Positions 8,556 through 17,392 of a stretch of DNA of 64,000 nt are shown piece after piece; the stretch's first letter is position 1, and each line of letters opens with the position of its first letter. The translations under genes and the position numbers were made by a program. Source of the stretch: a virus; the IMG/VR virus record IMGVR_UViG_3300037297_000178, positions 1 to 64,000 of that record. The stretch is one strand, 5' to 3'. The notes under the pieces were generated by a model. That model worked only from the letters and a program-made list of their open reading frames with translations, was not told the DNA's origin and made no database searches.

Positions 8556-8590
8556 GGGGGTGTAAGTGCCTCCTTAATACTCGATGCTTT

Positions 8591-8616
8591 GAAGCCCCGG
8601 CGAAAGTCGGGGCTTC
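8591..8616 (+). terminator. GC-rich hairpin, possible terminator or attenuator
   Basis: GAAGCCCCG-8 nt loop-CGGGGCTTC followed by GCCTTTGAG, which is only a short U tract. Confidence 0.35.
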
Positions 8617-8627
8617 GCCTTTGAGTC

Positions 8628-8656
8628 TTGACAAGCCCCCCTCAGGGGTGTATAAT
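8628..8656 (+). promoter_or_regulatory. consensus sigma70 promoter (TTGACA-17-TATAAT)
   Basis: Perfect hexamers at 8628..8633 and 8651..8656, directly upstream of AAGGAGG and the ATG at 8676. Confidence 0.65.
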
Positions 8657-8675
8657 AGGACAAGGAGGTACGAAT

Positions 8676-9566
8676 ATGGATGTGAGCACAGCAATGAAAA
8701 TTCTAGGGGTTGAGACCATCGATGGGCACGAGTTCTTTTACCTCGATGGGCACGAGTGCGTACTTCTCGAGCTTACTGAGCCTGAGTATGGGGGTAAGTA
8801 CGTACAATTCGTTCACGAGCCTGACAGTCCGTTGTGCTGGTACAATTACGTGAACGAGAACGACCATCGTCGGCTCGTGAGCGCGACCGTCGAATACACG
8901 AAGGTGAACGGAGTCCTCGTGCGTGCGGACGGCTTGCCGTTTTGCGACTTCCCGCTCCTCGAACCGATTGAGGGGGTCGGCATACACGACCCCGTTTACG
9001 TTGTGAAGCGCAGGGCGTTGACGTATGGGGACGGTCGACCCGGTTACACCCGGACGTTTGACATCGTAACGTCAAACGTCCCTCACCTCGTGACGTACCA
9101 CAGTCCGACCGGCTTCGAGTTTGGGTATCGGGGGTCAGGCCCCGCAGACCTGTCGTTGAACATAGTCGAGGACACCGCAAGGCGCATGGGCTTTCACCGC
9201 TCGCATTATATGAGCGACGAGTCGGAGCCGATAACATACGAGGCGGTGTACACATACGGAGAGTTCAAGGATAAGTACGTCGCGTCCGTAGGCGACGTAC
9301 TCGTGATTCGGCACGCACAGGTTGAGGCGTTCATCCTTGACGCGATACAGCGGTATGCGTCGGAGCGTTGCGCGGGCCTGAGGGGGCACGACCGCGCCCC
9401 GGGTAATGTGAAGGCGACCTGGGACGGGACTGAATGGGAAATGTCGAACGAGCCTCAGAAAACGGGTAGTAAAGCCTGTCCCTTCCCGACCTACACCGTA
9501 AGAGACAAGCACTTCCGAGAGGCGCTCGAGGGACTAACAGATAAGTACAAGGAGTTTTGGGAATGA
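8676..9566 (+). CDS. hypothetical protein
   Basis: 296 aa; ATG at 8676 7 nt after AAGGAGG; contains a FEFGYRGSGPADLSLNI motif. Confidence 0.6.
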   Translation: MDVSTAMKILGVETIDGHEFFYLDGHECVLLELTEPEYGGKYVQFVHEPDSPLCWYNYVNENDHRRLVSATVEYTKVNGVLVRADGLPFCDFPLLEPIEGVGIHDPVYVVKRRALTYGDGRPGYTRTFDIVTSNVPHLVTYHSPTGFEFGYRGSGPADLSLNIVEDTARRMGFHRSHYMSDESEPITYEAVYTYGEFKDKYVASVGDVLVIRHAQVEAFILDAIQRYASERCAGLRGHDRAPGNVKATWDGTEWEMSNEPQKTGSKACPFPTYTVRDKHFREALEGLTDKYKEFWE

Positions 9567-10228
9567 ATCTAATTACGCTAAAGGCGTTCCTCGACTTGGC
9601 GGAAATCCTTGACGAGAGGGGAATGCTCAGCCGACGCGAGGCGGCGTTTGTTCAAGCGCTTGGCGGGAAGAGCCTTCGCTGGTTACTCGAACAACTCGAG
9701 CAACTCGAGAGGGCGCTCCCTCAGCAGGGCCTCGAGGCGATACTATATCGGATGGGCACTGAGGGCTATGAAATCGACGAGCTTCACGAGGGTTCGTGGC
9801 TCACGACCATCCGAAACGGGGACGAAAAATACGAGGGGGTCGGTTTCACGGAGGAAATGTCAATCGCTCGCGCAATGGCTGAGGCCGGTATTGACGTTTC
9901 CTTAGCGCTAAAGAACGAACTGACTGAAGCAATGCGCGAGGAGCGTGAGCTTCCGGGCGGTTTCCATATCGCTGGCTTTTGGGTCGGTCCGATGTTTGAG
10001 GCCGACCCGACCGACGATACGAAGTCGATTATAGTGACAATGGCACACGTCACCATTCGGCGGATTGACGCGACGTATGCAGAGTGGTTTATGTATGCCG
10101 GTTACGGCGAAATCGACGCGCTCCTCGGGGTGCTCGATTGCGTGAGAGGGGAAGCAGAACCATTCGCTACGGGCCTTACCGGCGGTGTATTCAGGAACGG
10201 CGAACCCATTGAGGAGGACGAGACGTGA
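9563..10228 (+). CDS. hypothetical protein
   Basis: ATGA overlap start after AAGGAG. Confidence 0.55.
   Translation: MNLITLKAFLDLAEILDERGMLSRREAAFVQALGGKSLRWLLEQLEQLERALPQQGLEAILYRMGTEGYEIDELHEGSWLTTIRNGDEKYEGVGFTEEMSIARAMAEAGIDVSLALKNELTEAMREERELPGGFHIAGFWVGPMFEADPTDDTKSIIVTMAHVTIRRIDATYAEWFMYAGYGEIDALLGVLDCVRGEAEPFATGLTGGVFRNGEPIEEDET
9902..9911. repeat. TTAGCGCTAA palindrome, copy 3 of 10
   Basis: Inside CDS 9563..10228, read TTA GCG CTA AAG (LALK). Confidence 0.95.
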
Positions 10229-10737
10229 TTTACGACCACAGGGACGAGTATGAGTTGACCGTTCGGAAGCAGGCCCGAAGAGACGCTGAGGCGGGCGCGT
10301 ACACAGGGAGCGAGGCCGACCTCATGCTAAATGGAGTTCGAGCAATCGAGCACCTCAAGAGTTTTCAGAAAGTTTTCGAAAAGGACGGCGAACTGATACA
10401 TTTCAACGCACAAGAAGAACTCTGCGTACTTCTCAAGGGTTACGTGGAAGAGTGGCGCGAGCACGCCGGTCTCTTAGAAGTGATGGAGTATGTGTATAGG
10501 CTCGACGAGCGCACGGTTATACTCTTACCCCCTTACCGAAGTGAAGCCTACTTCAACCCGCTTCATTTCGAGTGGGCGTCGAGACACCTCGGGCAGGCCG
10601 TGTGGTGTGAAGGTGTTAGCAACCACGCAGTTCGGTTCGTGTTCCACGAACCATTCGACGCGCCAGACCTGGGGAAGCTCAGGGACATCATGCTCGAGAA
10701 CTGTACTATGTCAAGGCGTGGCGTGAGGAGGGATTGA
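10225..10737 (+). CDS. hypothetical protein
   Basis: 170 aa; GTGA overlap; GAGGAGGA upstream. Confidence 0.55.
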   Translation: MIYDHRDEYELTVRKQARRDAEAGAYTGSEADLMLNGVRAIEHLKSFQKVFEKDGELIHFNAQEELCVLLKGYVEEWREHAGLLEVMEYVYRLDERTVILLPPYRSEAYFNPLHFEWASRHLGQAVWCEGVSNHAVRFVFHEPFDAPDLGKLRDIMLENCTMSRRGVRRD

Positions 10738-11268
10738 ATGTTCAAATGGAATAACGTTCCCGACATATCACAGCCTGACGAGGGGGACGGTCTCCCCTCA
10801 GCCCAGAGCATTGCTCACACCTCGTATCAGCAAAACCTCGTCCTGAGAGGCTCAATCGAACCGGACGTGTCGAGGGCAGTGTGGGTGTGGGCGGTCGACC
10901 TCGAAATATGGACAGGCGAGCACATACGCGTCACAGGCACAACTTCGGCGATGCGTCCGATTGAGGATATGAAAAGGGAAGTCGAGAGGTACACGCGTGT
11001 GCTATTCGAGCGCGTCGTTCGAGCCTTTGAGCAGGATTCGGAGGTCGACCGAATCCGGGGCGGGTTACTGAGACTAGAGAAGCGCTATTTTGCAAGCATC
11101 AGACAGGTACACGAGCTTGTGTGTGCATTGAGGCAATTAAGAGAACAGAAGGAGAGACAGGAGCGCGAGTTTTTCGAGGCGCGTCACCATCACACGAGCA
11201 ATCGCGTCGGCCTCCTTCTCGTGCTGATACTCGCGCTTATCGTCGCGCTCGTGCGGGTGACGGTATGA
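10738..11268 (+). CDS. hypothetical protein with C-terminal membrane anchor
   Basis: 176 aa; C-terminal VGLLLVLILALIVALVRV. Confidence 0.5.
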   Translation: MFKWNNVPDISQPDEGDGLPSAQSIAHTSYQQNLVLRGSIEPDVSRAVWVWAVDLEIWTGEHIRVTGTTSAMRPIEDMKREVERYTRVLFERVVRAFEQDSEVDRIRGGLLRLEKRYFASIRQVHELVCALRQLREQKERQEREFFEARHHHTSNRVGLLLVLILALIVALVRVTV

Positions 11269-12227
11269 TAGTCGAGGGGAACGGTCCCTGGGACCTCGGG
11301 CAGGTGCGAAACAGGATAATACACGGGAACGCGCTTCGGGTTCTTGACGGCCTCCCTGAAGCTGTCGCCGACCTCGTGTTCCTCGACCCGCCCTACTTCT
11401 TGCAGCTTCCGAAGGGGAAGCGCGTGAGTAGGTGGAACAACACGTGGGTCGAGCCGGTCGACGACCAGTGGGACCAGTTCGTCGACTTTGACGACTACGA
11501 CAGTTTTCTCGCATACCTGTTGACTAAGGTCAGGCGGGTGATGAAGCCGAACGCGACCATATGGGCCATGTCGACGTATCACAGCCTGTTCCGCCTGGGG
11601 CGCGTGATGCAAGACCTCGGCTTCTGGCTCTTGAACGACGTGGTGTGGCTGAAGACAAACCCCATGCCGAACTTCCGGGGTGCTCGCTTCACGAACGCCA
11701 CGGAGACGCTGATATGGGCGGCGAAGTCAAAAAAGAGTAGGGCATACCACGACCACGACGCAGCGAAGGAGTTCGGGGTCGGGAAGGTCGGCGCAAACGT
11801 GTGGGTGTTCCCGATATGTCAGGGGCGCGAACGGTTGAAGGGCGGTGACGGGAAGAAACTTCACTCGACGCAGAAACCGGGCGAATTGCTGAGGCGCGTG
11901 ATACTCACGTCGACGCGAGAAGGCGACCTTGTGCTCGACCCGTTAGCCGGTACAGGTACGACGGGACACGTCGCAAAGGCGCTCGACCGCGACTTCATAC
12001 TGATTGAGCGCGAGTGGCGGTACGTCGAGGGAGCTGCGAAGCGGTTTGAAATTCAGTATGCCCCTCGTGTGCAGAAGGACGAGAAGGTAATTGAATACTT
12101 ACGTCACGAGTGGTACGAGGATGGGCAGCCGTGTGGACATCCGGGTTGTGTACAGCATGTAACACATCCGTGTGAGGGGTGCGGGCGTATAGCCGGAAGG
12201 AGTTGGACCGATGTTAGTGACGATTAA
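11265..12227 (+). CDS. beta-class DNA methyltransferase (N6-adenine or N4-cytosine) with C-terminal Cys cluster
   Basis: VFLDPPY (motif IV), HSTQKP, LDPLAGTGTTG (motif I); C-terminus CGHPGC...HPCEGCG; ATGA overlap start. Confidence 0.8.
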   Translation: MIVEGNGPWDLGQVRNRIIHGNALRVLDGLPEAVADLVFLDPPYFLQLPKGKRVSRWNNTWVEPVDDQWDQFVDFDDYDSFLAYLLTKVRRVMKPNATIWAMSTYHSLFRLGRVMQDLGFWLLNDVVWLKTNPMPNFRGARFTNATETLIWAAKSKKSRAYHDHDAAKEFGVGKVGANVWVFPICQGRERLKGGDGKKLHSTQKPGELLRRVILTSTREGDLVLDPLAGTGTTGHVAKALDRDFILIEREWRYVEGAAKRFEIQYAPRVQKDEKVIEYLRHEWYEDGQPCGHPGCVQHVTHPCEGCGRIAGRSWTDVSDD

Positions 12228-12558
12228 GTTCGACTTCTTACAGAAGCGACCGGCGCTAATCAAGCGCGTGTTGAGGGAGGCGACGGTTATAGGGCTGGTT
12301 AGCCTCCCTGGTGGTGAGTTTACGCTCGAGGTCGGGCTGATACGATACAAGGGTGAAGAGTGGGCTGTTATCAGTCACCCGGACGGCTTCTTCCGCCTGT
12401 GTGTCGGTGACACGAACGTGTACAAGGCGTTTGGTACTCAGATGATTCATAGTGAGGACTGGAACCATTACGGGTTGACGCTCGACGACGAGCATCCTCT
12501 GTTTTACAGGGAAGGACCGACGTACTATGAGGTGAGGCGTGAATTGTCGAACGTGTAA
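12211..12558 (+). CDS. hypothetical protein
   Basis: 115 aa; GGAAGGAG RBS. Confidence 0.5.
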   Translation: MLVTIKFDFLQKRPALIKRVLREATVIGLVSLPGGEFTLEVGLIRYKGEEWAVISHPDGFFRLCVGDTNVYKAFGTQMIHSEDWNHYGLTLDDEHPLFYREGPTYYEVRRELSNV

Positions 12559-12721
12559 GCATCGGAGGGCGGGCTTCTGTTTCGAAGGCGGGGTCGAGCG
12601 CAGGCCCCCGACCGGCGCTAAAATCAGGGTAAAGAGTGTCTCGACCCCTGCCGGGTATAAGGTGCTACAATACCCTTTTCGAATACGACTTGACTGGTGG
12701 TGTGAGAAATATGAACAATAG
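12539..12721 (+). CDS. small Cys-rich protein (CxxC ... DWxC family)
   Basis: 60 aa; MNCRTCKH...GFC ... LDWWCEKYE; pattern shared with ORF 12940. Confidence 0.45.
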   Translation: MNCRTCKHRRAGFCFEGGVERRPPTGAKIRVKSVSTPAGYKVLQYPFRIRLDWWCEKYEQ

Positions 12722-12730
12722 AGGGAATAA

Positions 12731-12940
12731 ATGAGCGCTCTGTTTGTCGGTCTAGTCTGTGTCACCGGCGGGGTAATTCTCGTGTGCGTGATGGGCCTCA
12801 TAATCGTACAGTGTATGTTCAACCCTTTGATGAAGTTGAAAGAACTCACGATTGTTCTATTTATTGTTGGGGTTGTGCTGTGGCAGTTAGGGATGGTGCT
12901 AATGTCGGCTGGTGCTGACGCGATGGTGAGCGGTTACTGA
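12731..12940 (+). CDS. small membrane protein (two hydrophobic segments)
   Basis: 69 aa; LFVGLVCVTGGVILVCVMGLIIV and IVLFIVGVVLWQLGMVLM. Confidence 0.5.
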   Translation: MSALFVGLVCVTGGVILVCVMGLIIVQCMFNPLMKLKELTIVLFIVGVVLWQLGMVLMSAGADAMVSGY

Positions 12941-13179
12941 TGGGGTGCTGTATGAACTGTATGCACAACCTGGGCGGAAAGTGTCACCCACCGGCACCAG
13001 TCAGTTTCGTTTATATGCGAGCGCCCGTTTCGTCGTACCTGTCTTTTGGACCGGTGTACGACGAAACGGGGCGTTTGAGGTGCTTACTTTCAAAGACCCC
13101 CGTGTTTGATGTACAGCTAGACTGGAGATGTAAACACCATCAGTATGTGCCTGTACTCAGTCAGGTGTTAGAAACATGA
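12940..13179 (+). CDS. small Cys-rich protein (CxxC ... DWxC family)
   Basis: 79 aa; CMNCMH..GGKC ... LDWRCKHHQ. Confidence 0.45.
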   Translation: MGCCMNCMHNLGGKCHPPAPVSFVYMRAPVSSYLSFGPVYDETGRLRCLLSKTPVFDVQLDWRCKHHQYVPVLSQVLET

Positions 13180-13421
13180 AAACCTGCGCGACCTGTATGT
13201 TCTATTTGACACGAGCACAGTTAGGGTGTACAATGCTTGTCAAGCGACAACGGGTATTTGAACGGGCAGTTATTGTCGTGTCGGAGGCACTCGGTATTGA
13301 CGACGACACGGCTGCTAAGTGGATACGTGAGGTGTGCTCAAGAAGCACCCTCACGGTCGAAGCTGTTATATCGGAGGTGGTGAGTGGACGAAAAAGCGAT
13401 TTTGATAAGCGTCGACTTTGA
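13176..13421 (+). CDS. hypothetical protein
   Basis: 81 aa; ATGA overlap; N-terminal CATC. Confidence 0.45.
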   Translation: MKTCATCMFYLTRAQLGCTMLVKRQRVFERAVIVVSEALGIDDDTAAKWIREVCSRSTLTVEAVISEVVSGRKSDFDKRRL

Positions 13422-13653
13422 CGCAGAAGAGGTTATATGGACGTGGTTTGAGGGGAAGCGGGCACTACAAGAGGCCCGGAAGGCGAAGGTAGCGCTCGAG
13501 AAGGCACAGGACTTCCCGACCCACAGGCACACAGTAGTCGGGAACGAGCTTGCAGTGGCGGTCGAGAGAGTGTTCCGGCTCGAGGAGTTCTGCGGGACCG
13601 AGCGAGATGTGACACAGCACGCCCGCGCCGAAGTTGAGAGGTTACGGAAATGA
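13384..13653 (+). CDS. hypothetical protein
   Basis: 89-aa ORF; GTG start; overlaps the previous ORF by 38 nt, so the start is uncertain. Confidence 0.4.
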   Translation: MDEKAILISVDFDAEEVIWTWFEGKRALQEARKAKVALEKAQDFPTHRHTVVGNELAVAVERVFRLEEFCGTERDVTQHARAEVERLRK

Positions 13654-13964
13654 TAATCTATTATGTCGATTGTTACCAGGAGGTTGTTGCGGTCTTCACC
13701 GACCCGGACAAGTTAGTCGAGTGGTTCAAGAAGGCACAGGCTGAGGGGGCATACGACATACGCGAGTTGACCGTGTCTGTGTTACCGGCTGACCCTTCGA
13801 CGACCCTCTTCGCCTACTCGTGGTTTGACGACCTGGGGCTACAAGGTGAACTGATGGACACGAGCGGTGTCGTTCACCCGAGTGCGGAAGCGACTGACGT
13901 TCCGTTCGCAGCAGAGGTTGAGAAGGCGGCTGAGGCACTCGTACAGAAGTTGTCGGAATTGTAA
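13650..13964 (+). CDS. hypothetical protein
   Basis: 104 aa; ATGA overlap. Confidence 0.5.
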   Translation: MIIYYVDCYQEVVAVFTDPDKLVEWFKKAQAEGAYDIRELTVSVLPADPSTTLFAYSWFDDLGLQGELMDTSGVVHPSAEATDVPFAAEVEKAAEALVQKLSEL

Positions 13965-13984
13965 ACTAGAAAGCGAGGAAACAG

Positions 13985-14524
13985 ATGGACTTTGCAACAC
14001 GACTGATTTACCGGCTCATAATCGGGAACAGGCTCATACTCGACGAGGCGAGCGAGAGGGCACGACACGACTACGAGGAAAGCGTGAAGCTGAATGTCCC
14101 GTTGACTGTACGCGATGCGTTCGACCTTGCGTTGCGCTCGCGCCTTCAGGACATACGACATTACGCGACCGAAGAGCAGGACGAAATCATCAGGGCAGTG
14201 CTCGAGCAGGCGAGCAATTGTAAGCTCGTCGACGCGCTCATTGAGGAGGCCCCGTTCTTTCAGGACGAGGTATTCATAATCGGGCTGATTACTGAGTTCA
14301 ACGAGGATGAAGACGACGACGGCATACTGCTTACGGTCGAGGCCCGACCCGACACGCTCTTGTTCCGTTACGGGCGGGCACGGCTCGAGTTCGCCGTCAA
14401 GGGGGGCGTGTACACTCCTCTATTTGCGCTTGGCCTCGACTTCGTGATGGGTGAAGACCAGCTCGACTTCGAAGACTTAGTCACGCTCTTGACACACGTA
14501 GTGAGGGGTGTACGTTATGCTTGA
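13985..14524 (+). CDS. hypothetical protein
   Basis: 179 aa; GCGAGGAAACAG upstream. Confidence 0.5.
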   Translation: MDFATRLIYRLIIGNRLILDEASERARHDYEESVKLNVPLTVRDAFDLALRSRLQDIRHYATEEQDEIIRAVLEQASNCKLVDALIEEAPFFQDEVFIIGLITEFNEDEDDDGILLTVEARPDTLLFRYGRARLEFAVKGGVYTPLFALGLDFVMGEDQLDFEDLVTLLTHVVRGVRYA

Positions 14525-14858
14525 AAAACTTGCTGCAACCGCACACGACCTGTGGTCGAACTGGATGAGGTACATCTTCAAGGTCGGCACGATAAACGAG
14601 CGAGGCGACCTCGTGATTCCGTCACGATATGTCGAGCGGTGGACCCGACAAATGAACACAGAACACAGTGACCTGTCGGAGGCGGAACAGGCGAGCGACG
14701 TCCGTCAGGCACGGAAAATCCTGACCAAAATTGAGCCGAACCTCAAGCGCCTCTGTTTCTGCTATGACGGTTCGAGGAGGACGTGTGACAACCGTCAACG
14801 GGAAGACCAGCCGTGTGACGTTTTCAACTGTCCGCTATTGGAGGCTAACGATGAATGA
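14517..14858 (+). CDS. hypothetical protein, weak RyR-domain-like pattern
   Basis: LAATAHDLWSNW ... HSDLSEAEQASDVRQARKIL loosely resembles bacterial and phage RyR domains. Confidence 0.4.
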   Translation: MLEKLAATAHDLWSNWMRYIFKVGTINERGDLVIPSRYVERWTRQMNTEHSDLSEAEQASDVRQARKILTKIEPNLKRLCFCYDGSRRTCDNRQREDQPCDVFNCPLLEANDE

Positions 14859-15624
14859 GTTTTCGAGGAGACGAAGGGACGAAATCAGGGCGCGTCTGTC
14901 GCCTTACTGGTGGAAGGTATGGGGACGGTATAGGTGGCAGGCTCCCGGTATGCTCGTACACGAGTACAGGCGTCGATTGAGCGCGTGGTGTCAAAAGACG
15001 CGAATGTCTTTTGACTTCCGCCCTCGAGGGTATTCAAGTGTCCGCACGGTGTTATGGTCAGGGGGCGGGTACGAACTGATTCACTGTCCGGTATGCGAGT
15101 CTCAGGCCGTGTCCGCAGGCGAGCGCCTTCTGTGTATGTGGTGCGGGTCGAGATTTACCCTATGGTCACATCCATATGACGGGGCGCAGGCATATACGTC
15201 TGCGCTTGACCACAGGGGCGGTGACGTTCGGCTTCCGGCGATGGGCGTGCTAATAGACGAGACGATTCACCTGGGCATAGCTCGTGAGGCCCCCTGGTAT
15301 CATGAGCGTGTGCCGGTATGGGGATACACCGGACAGTACAACGTAGAGCATCACCTCTACGTGTGCCTGTTCCTCCTCAGGAACGAGGTCGTCGGTTACG
15401 ACCTCGTTCAAGCACCGACACCGAAGTTCGTTCACGAGCTTGCAAAAGCCGACGTCCCTCACAACGACTACGAGATAAAGAACGCCTCCTCCCTCGACCG
15501 TGAGGCTATCGAGGCGTGGCTTCGCCCATTCGACGTCGACGAGTACAGGCACGTGTGGGGGAACGAACCGCTGGTCGACCGGCTACTCAAGGACCTCGAG
15601 GGGGCATTGTGCCCTACACAATAA
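14851..15624 (+). CDS. hypothetical protein with zinc-ribbon (CPVC ... CMWC)
   Basis: ATG at 14851 (MNEFSRRRRD) within track ORF 14731..15624. Confidence 0.5.
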   Translation: MNEFSRRRRDEIRARLSPYWWKVWGRYRWQAPGMLVHEYRRRLSAWCQKTRMSFDFRPRGYSSVRTVLWSGGGYELIHCPVCESQAVSAGERLLCMWCGSRFTLWSHPYDGAQAYTSALDHRGGDVRLPAMGVLIDETIHLGIAREAPWYHERVPVWGYTGQYNVEHHLYVCLFLLRNEVVGYDLVQAPTPKFVHELAKADVPHNDYEIKNASSLDREAIEAWLRPFDVDEYRHVWGNEPLVDRLLKDLEGALCPTQ

Positions 15625-15842
15625 CGAAACTGACAAAGGTTGAGGTTAGCACCGTCAGGCTCAACTTCTCGAGCGCCCCTGCGATAAAGCGCATCAGGCG
15701 ACAGACGTGGTGCTGGTACTGTGACGGTCCGCTCGTTGACCCGGCCCTCTTGTTCGCTAAGGGCGGGAACAAGATAGTGTGTGGGGAATGTGGGCGATAC
15801 ATCGGCGGTCTTCCGGGTGTCGAACTGTACGAAGGAAAATGA
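15609..15842 (+). CDS. hypothetical zinc-ribbon protein
   Basis: GTG at 15609; CWYC ... CGEC. Confidence 0.4.
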   Translation: MPYTITKLTKVEVSTVRLNFSSAPAIKRIRRQTWCWYCDGPLVDPALLFAKGGNKIVCGECGRYIGGLPGVELYEGK

Positions 15843-15843
15843 C

Positions 15844-15872
15844 TTGACAAGGGGGCGAAGGGGGTGTACAAT
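15844..15872 (+). promoter_or_regulatory. sigma70-type promoter (TTGACA-17-TACAAT)
   Basis: Hexamers at 15844..15849 and 15867..15872, in the gap before ORF 15893. Confidence 0.55.
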
Positions 15873-15892
15873 AAGGGCGAAGGGAGTGACAC

Positions 15893-16087
15893 ATGGACGA
15901 ACACGAGCGAGACGAATTGAGGGCGTTACAAGACGCCCTCCTTGAACATGTGGGGCATTATCCGCCCGACACGCAGGTGTCGGTGAATATGCCCGGTGTT
16001 ACTGTCAAGGAGTTACGTAAGTTCTTGTGGCCTCAGTACAGGCACGAGATACGCGCGATGTTGAAGGGATACAGAGGTAATAAATGA
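15893..16087 (+). CDS. hypothetical protein
   Basis: 64 aa; GAAGGGAG RBS. Confidence 0.5.
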   Translation: MDEHERDELRALQDALLEHVGHYPPDTQVSVNMPGVTVKELRKFLWPQYRHEIRAMLKGYRGNK

Positions 16088-16434
16088 AAGCAAGTCAATT
16101 TATTGAGCTTGACGTTGAGGCGAACGGAAGGACACAGCGAGTTCTCTTCCGGCAGGTAACGGAGACGACATACCGTTCTGCCCAGGCCGTCGCCTTACAG
16201 GACAGCAAACCTGTTCACATCGAGTGTACACTCGATGTGAAACCGAAGGACGCCGTATTGATAGACCTCTCTCTTGACCAGCTTGTACGTCAGATAACAC
16301 AGGCGACCGGTCAGTCTATTCACTCGTGCTTCAAGGGAAACCTGTGTTATGTGCGGGCGGGCCGGAACGTGGTGAAGGGCCTGACCTTTTTCGAGGCCCT
16401 TCTTTCGCTTCACTCAAAGGTGTGCGATGAATGA
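16084..16434 (+). CDS. hypothetical protein
   Basis: 116 aa; ATGA overlap. Confidence 0.5.
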   Translation: MKASQFIELDVEANGRTQRVLFRQVTETTYRSAQAVALQDSKPVHIECTLDVKPKDAVLIDLSLDQLVRQITQATGQSIHSCFKGNLCYVRAGRNVVKGLTFFEALLSLHSKVCDE

Positions 16435-16660
16435 CATTGCAGCAGCCCTCGAGCGGGTTCTTAAAAGCGCAGAAGTAGGTTACGACGGTGACACGATAGT
16501 TGTCACCGTCAATTATAGACAGTGGCGAATCACCACGATTGAAGGATGGGCCGACGAGGGAGGGGTGCGCGTAAAAGGTCCTGGTTGTTCGGTGACACTC
16601 AATTACCGAAGCCCGCGCGACCTTGCGCGTCGCTTCCGCCTACTCGTAACAATACTGTGA
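16427..16660 (+). CDS. hypothetical protein
   Basis: 77 aa; overlaps the upstream stop. Confidence 0.5.
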   Translation: MNDIAAALERVLKSAEVGYDGDTIVVTVNYRQWRITTIEGWADEGGVRVKGPGCSVTLNYRSPRDLARRFRLLVTIL

Positions 16661-16670
16661 AAGAAAACTC

Positions 16671-16700
16671 TTGACAAGCCCGGCCTCCCTATGGTATAAT
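16671..16700 (+). promoter_or_regulatory. sigma70-type promoter (TTGACA-18-TGgTATAAT)
   Basis: Hexamers at 16671..16676 and 16695..16700; followed by AAGGAGG and the ATG at 16720. Confidence 0.6.
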
Positions 16701-16719
16701 TCAGTACAAGGAGGCCGGA

Positions 16720-17229
16720 ATGGCTATAAGGATTGAGACCCGAGAAGCACCTAAAAGAATACCTGAGAGTTTCGAGGGCGGTATTCGGATATGTGCCGAA
16801 ATCGAGGCTCACGGTCACGCGGCCTTCATAGCAGGCGGGGCGATACGCGACTGGATAAGAGGGGAAGCGCCTCACGACATCGACATAGCGACTTCGGCGT
16901 CGGCCTCTGAAATCAGGCGTATGTTCCCTGACTGTATCGACGCGGGCGGGGCGAAGCACGGGACCTGTATCATTATCCGGGACGGCGAAACCTTCGAGAT
17001 AACCACCTTCAGGGGTGCGTCAATCGAGAGGGACATTGAGGGGCGCGACATGACCATATGCGCGTTTATGTTCCGGTCTGCGACCGGCGAGATTTTCGCG
17101 CCCGAAGGCGCATTTGACGACATCGAGGCGGGCATTATCCGGTTCACCGAAGATGCTGCCGCCCGTATTGAAGAAGACCCCGCCCGTATTTTCAGGGCGA
17201 TGAGGATGGAAGCGAAATTCGGGGAATGA
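16720..17229 (+). CDS. tRNA nucleotidyltransferase (CCA-adding / poly(A) polymerase family), N-terminal head-domain half
   Basis: GGAIRDWIRG, HDIDIAT (DxD), RDGETFEITTFRG, ERDIEGRDMTICAF, EDPARIFRAMRMEAKFG. 169 aa with no L, V, N, Q or Y. Confidence 0.75.
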   Translation: MAIRIETREAPKRIPESFEGGIRICAEIEAHGHAAFIAGGAIRDWIRGEAPHDIDIATSASASEIRRMFPDCIDAGGAKHGTCIIIRDGETFEITTFRGASIERDIEGRDMTICAFMFRSATGEIFAPEGAFDDIEAGIIRFTEDAAARIEEDPARIFRAMRMEAKFGE

Positions 17230-17242
17230 CAAGGAGGCTACT

Positions 17243-17383
17243 ATGAAGCTGAATTTTCTCGAGCGCCTCGTGTACGAGGCAGTGTTAGGAATGCTGACGG
17301 CGTGGTTTACCTTCCCGCGCCCGTCTGAGTGGTTACAAATAAGGACGCCGATTCGCGTGGCGGTCTTAATATCTATAGCATAA
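17243..17383 (+). CDS. small hypothetical protein (46 aa)
   Basis: Not in the ORF track (<60 aa). ATG 6 nt after AAGGAGG; MKLNFLERLVYEAVLGMLTAWF...; its TAA overlaps the AAGGAG RBS of the next gene. Confidence 0.4.
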   Translation: MKLNFLERLVYEAVLGMLTAWFTFPRPSEWLQIRTPIRVAVLISIA

Positions 17384-17392
17384 GGAGTTGAC

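Noticed and set aside
8509-8694. A 61-aa - strand ORF spanning the tandem promoter region
   Set aside because: It runs antisense through the tRNA 3' end, two consensus promoters and a hairpin. It has no RBS and is most likely spurious.
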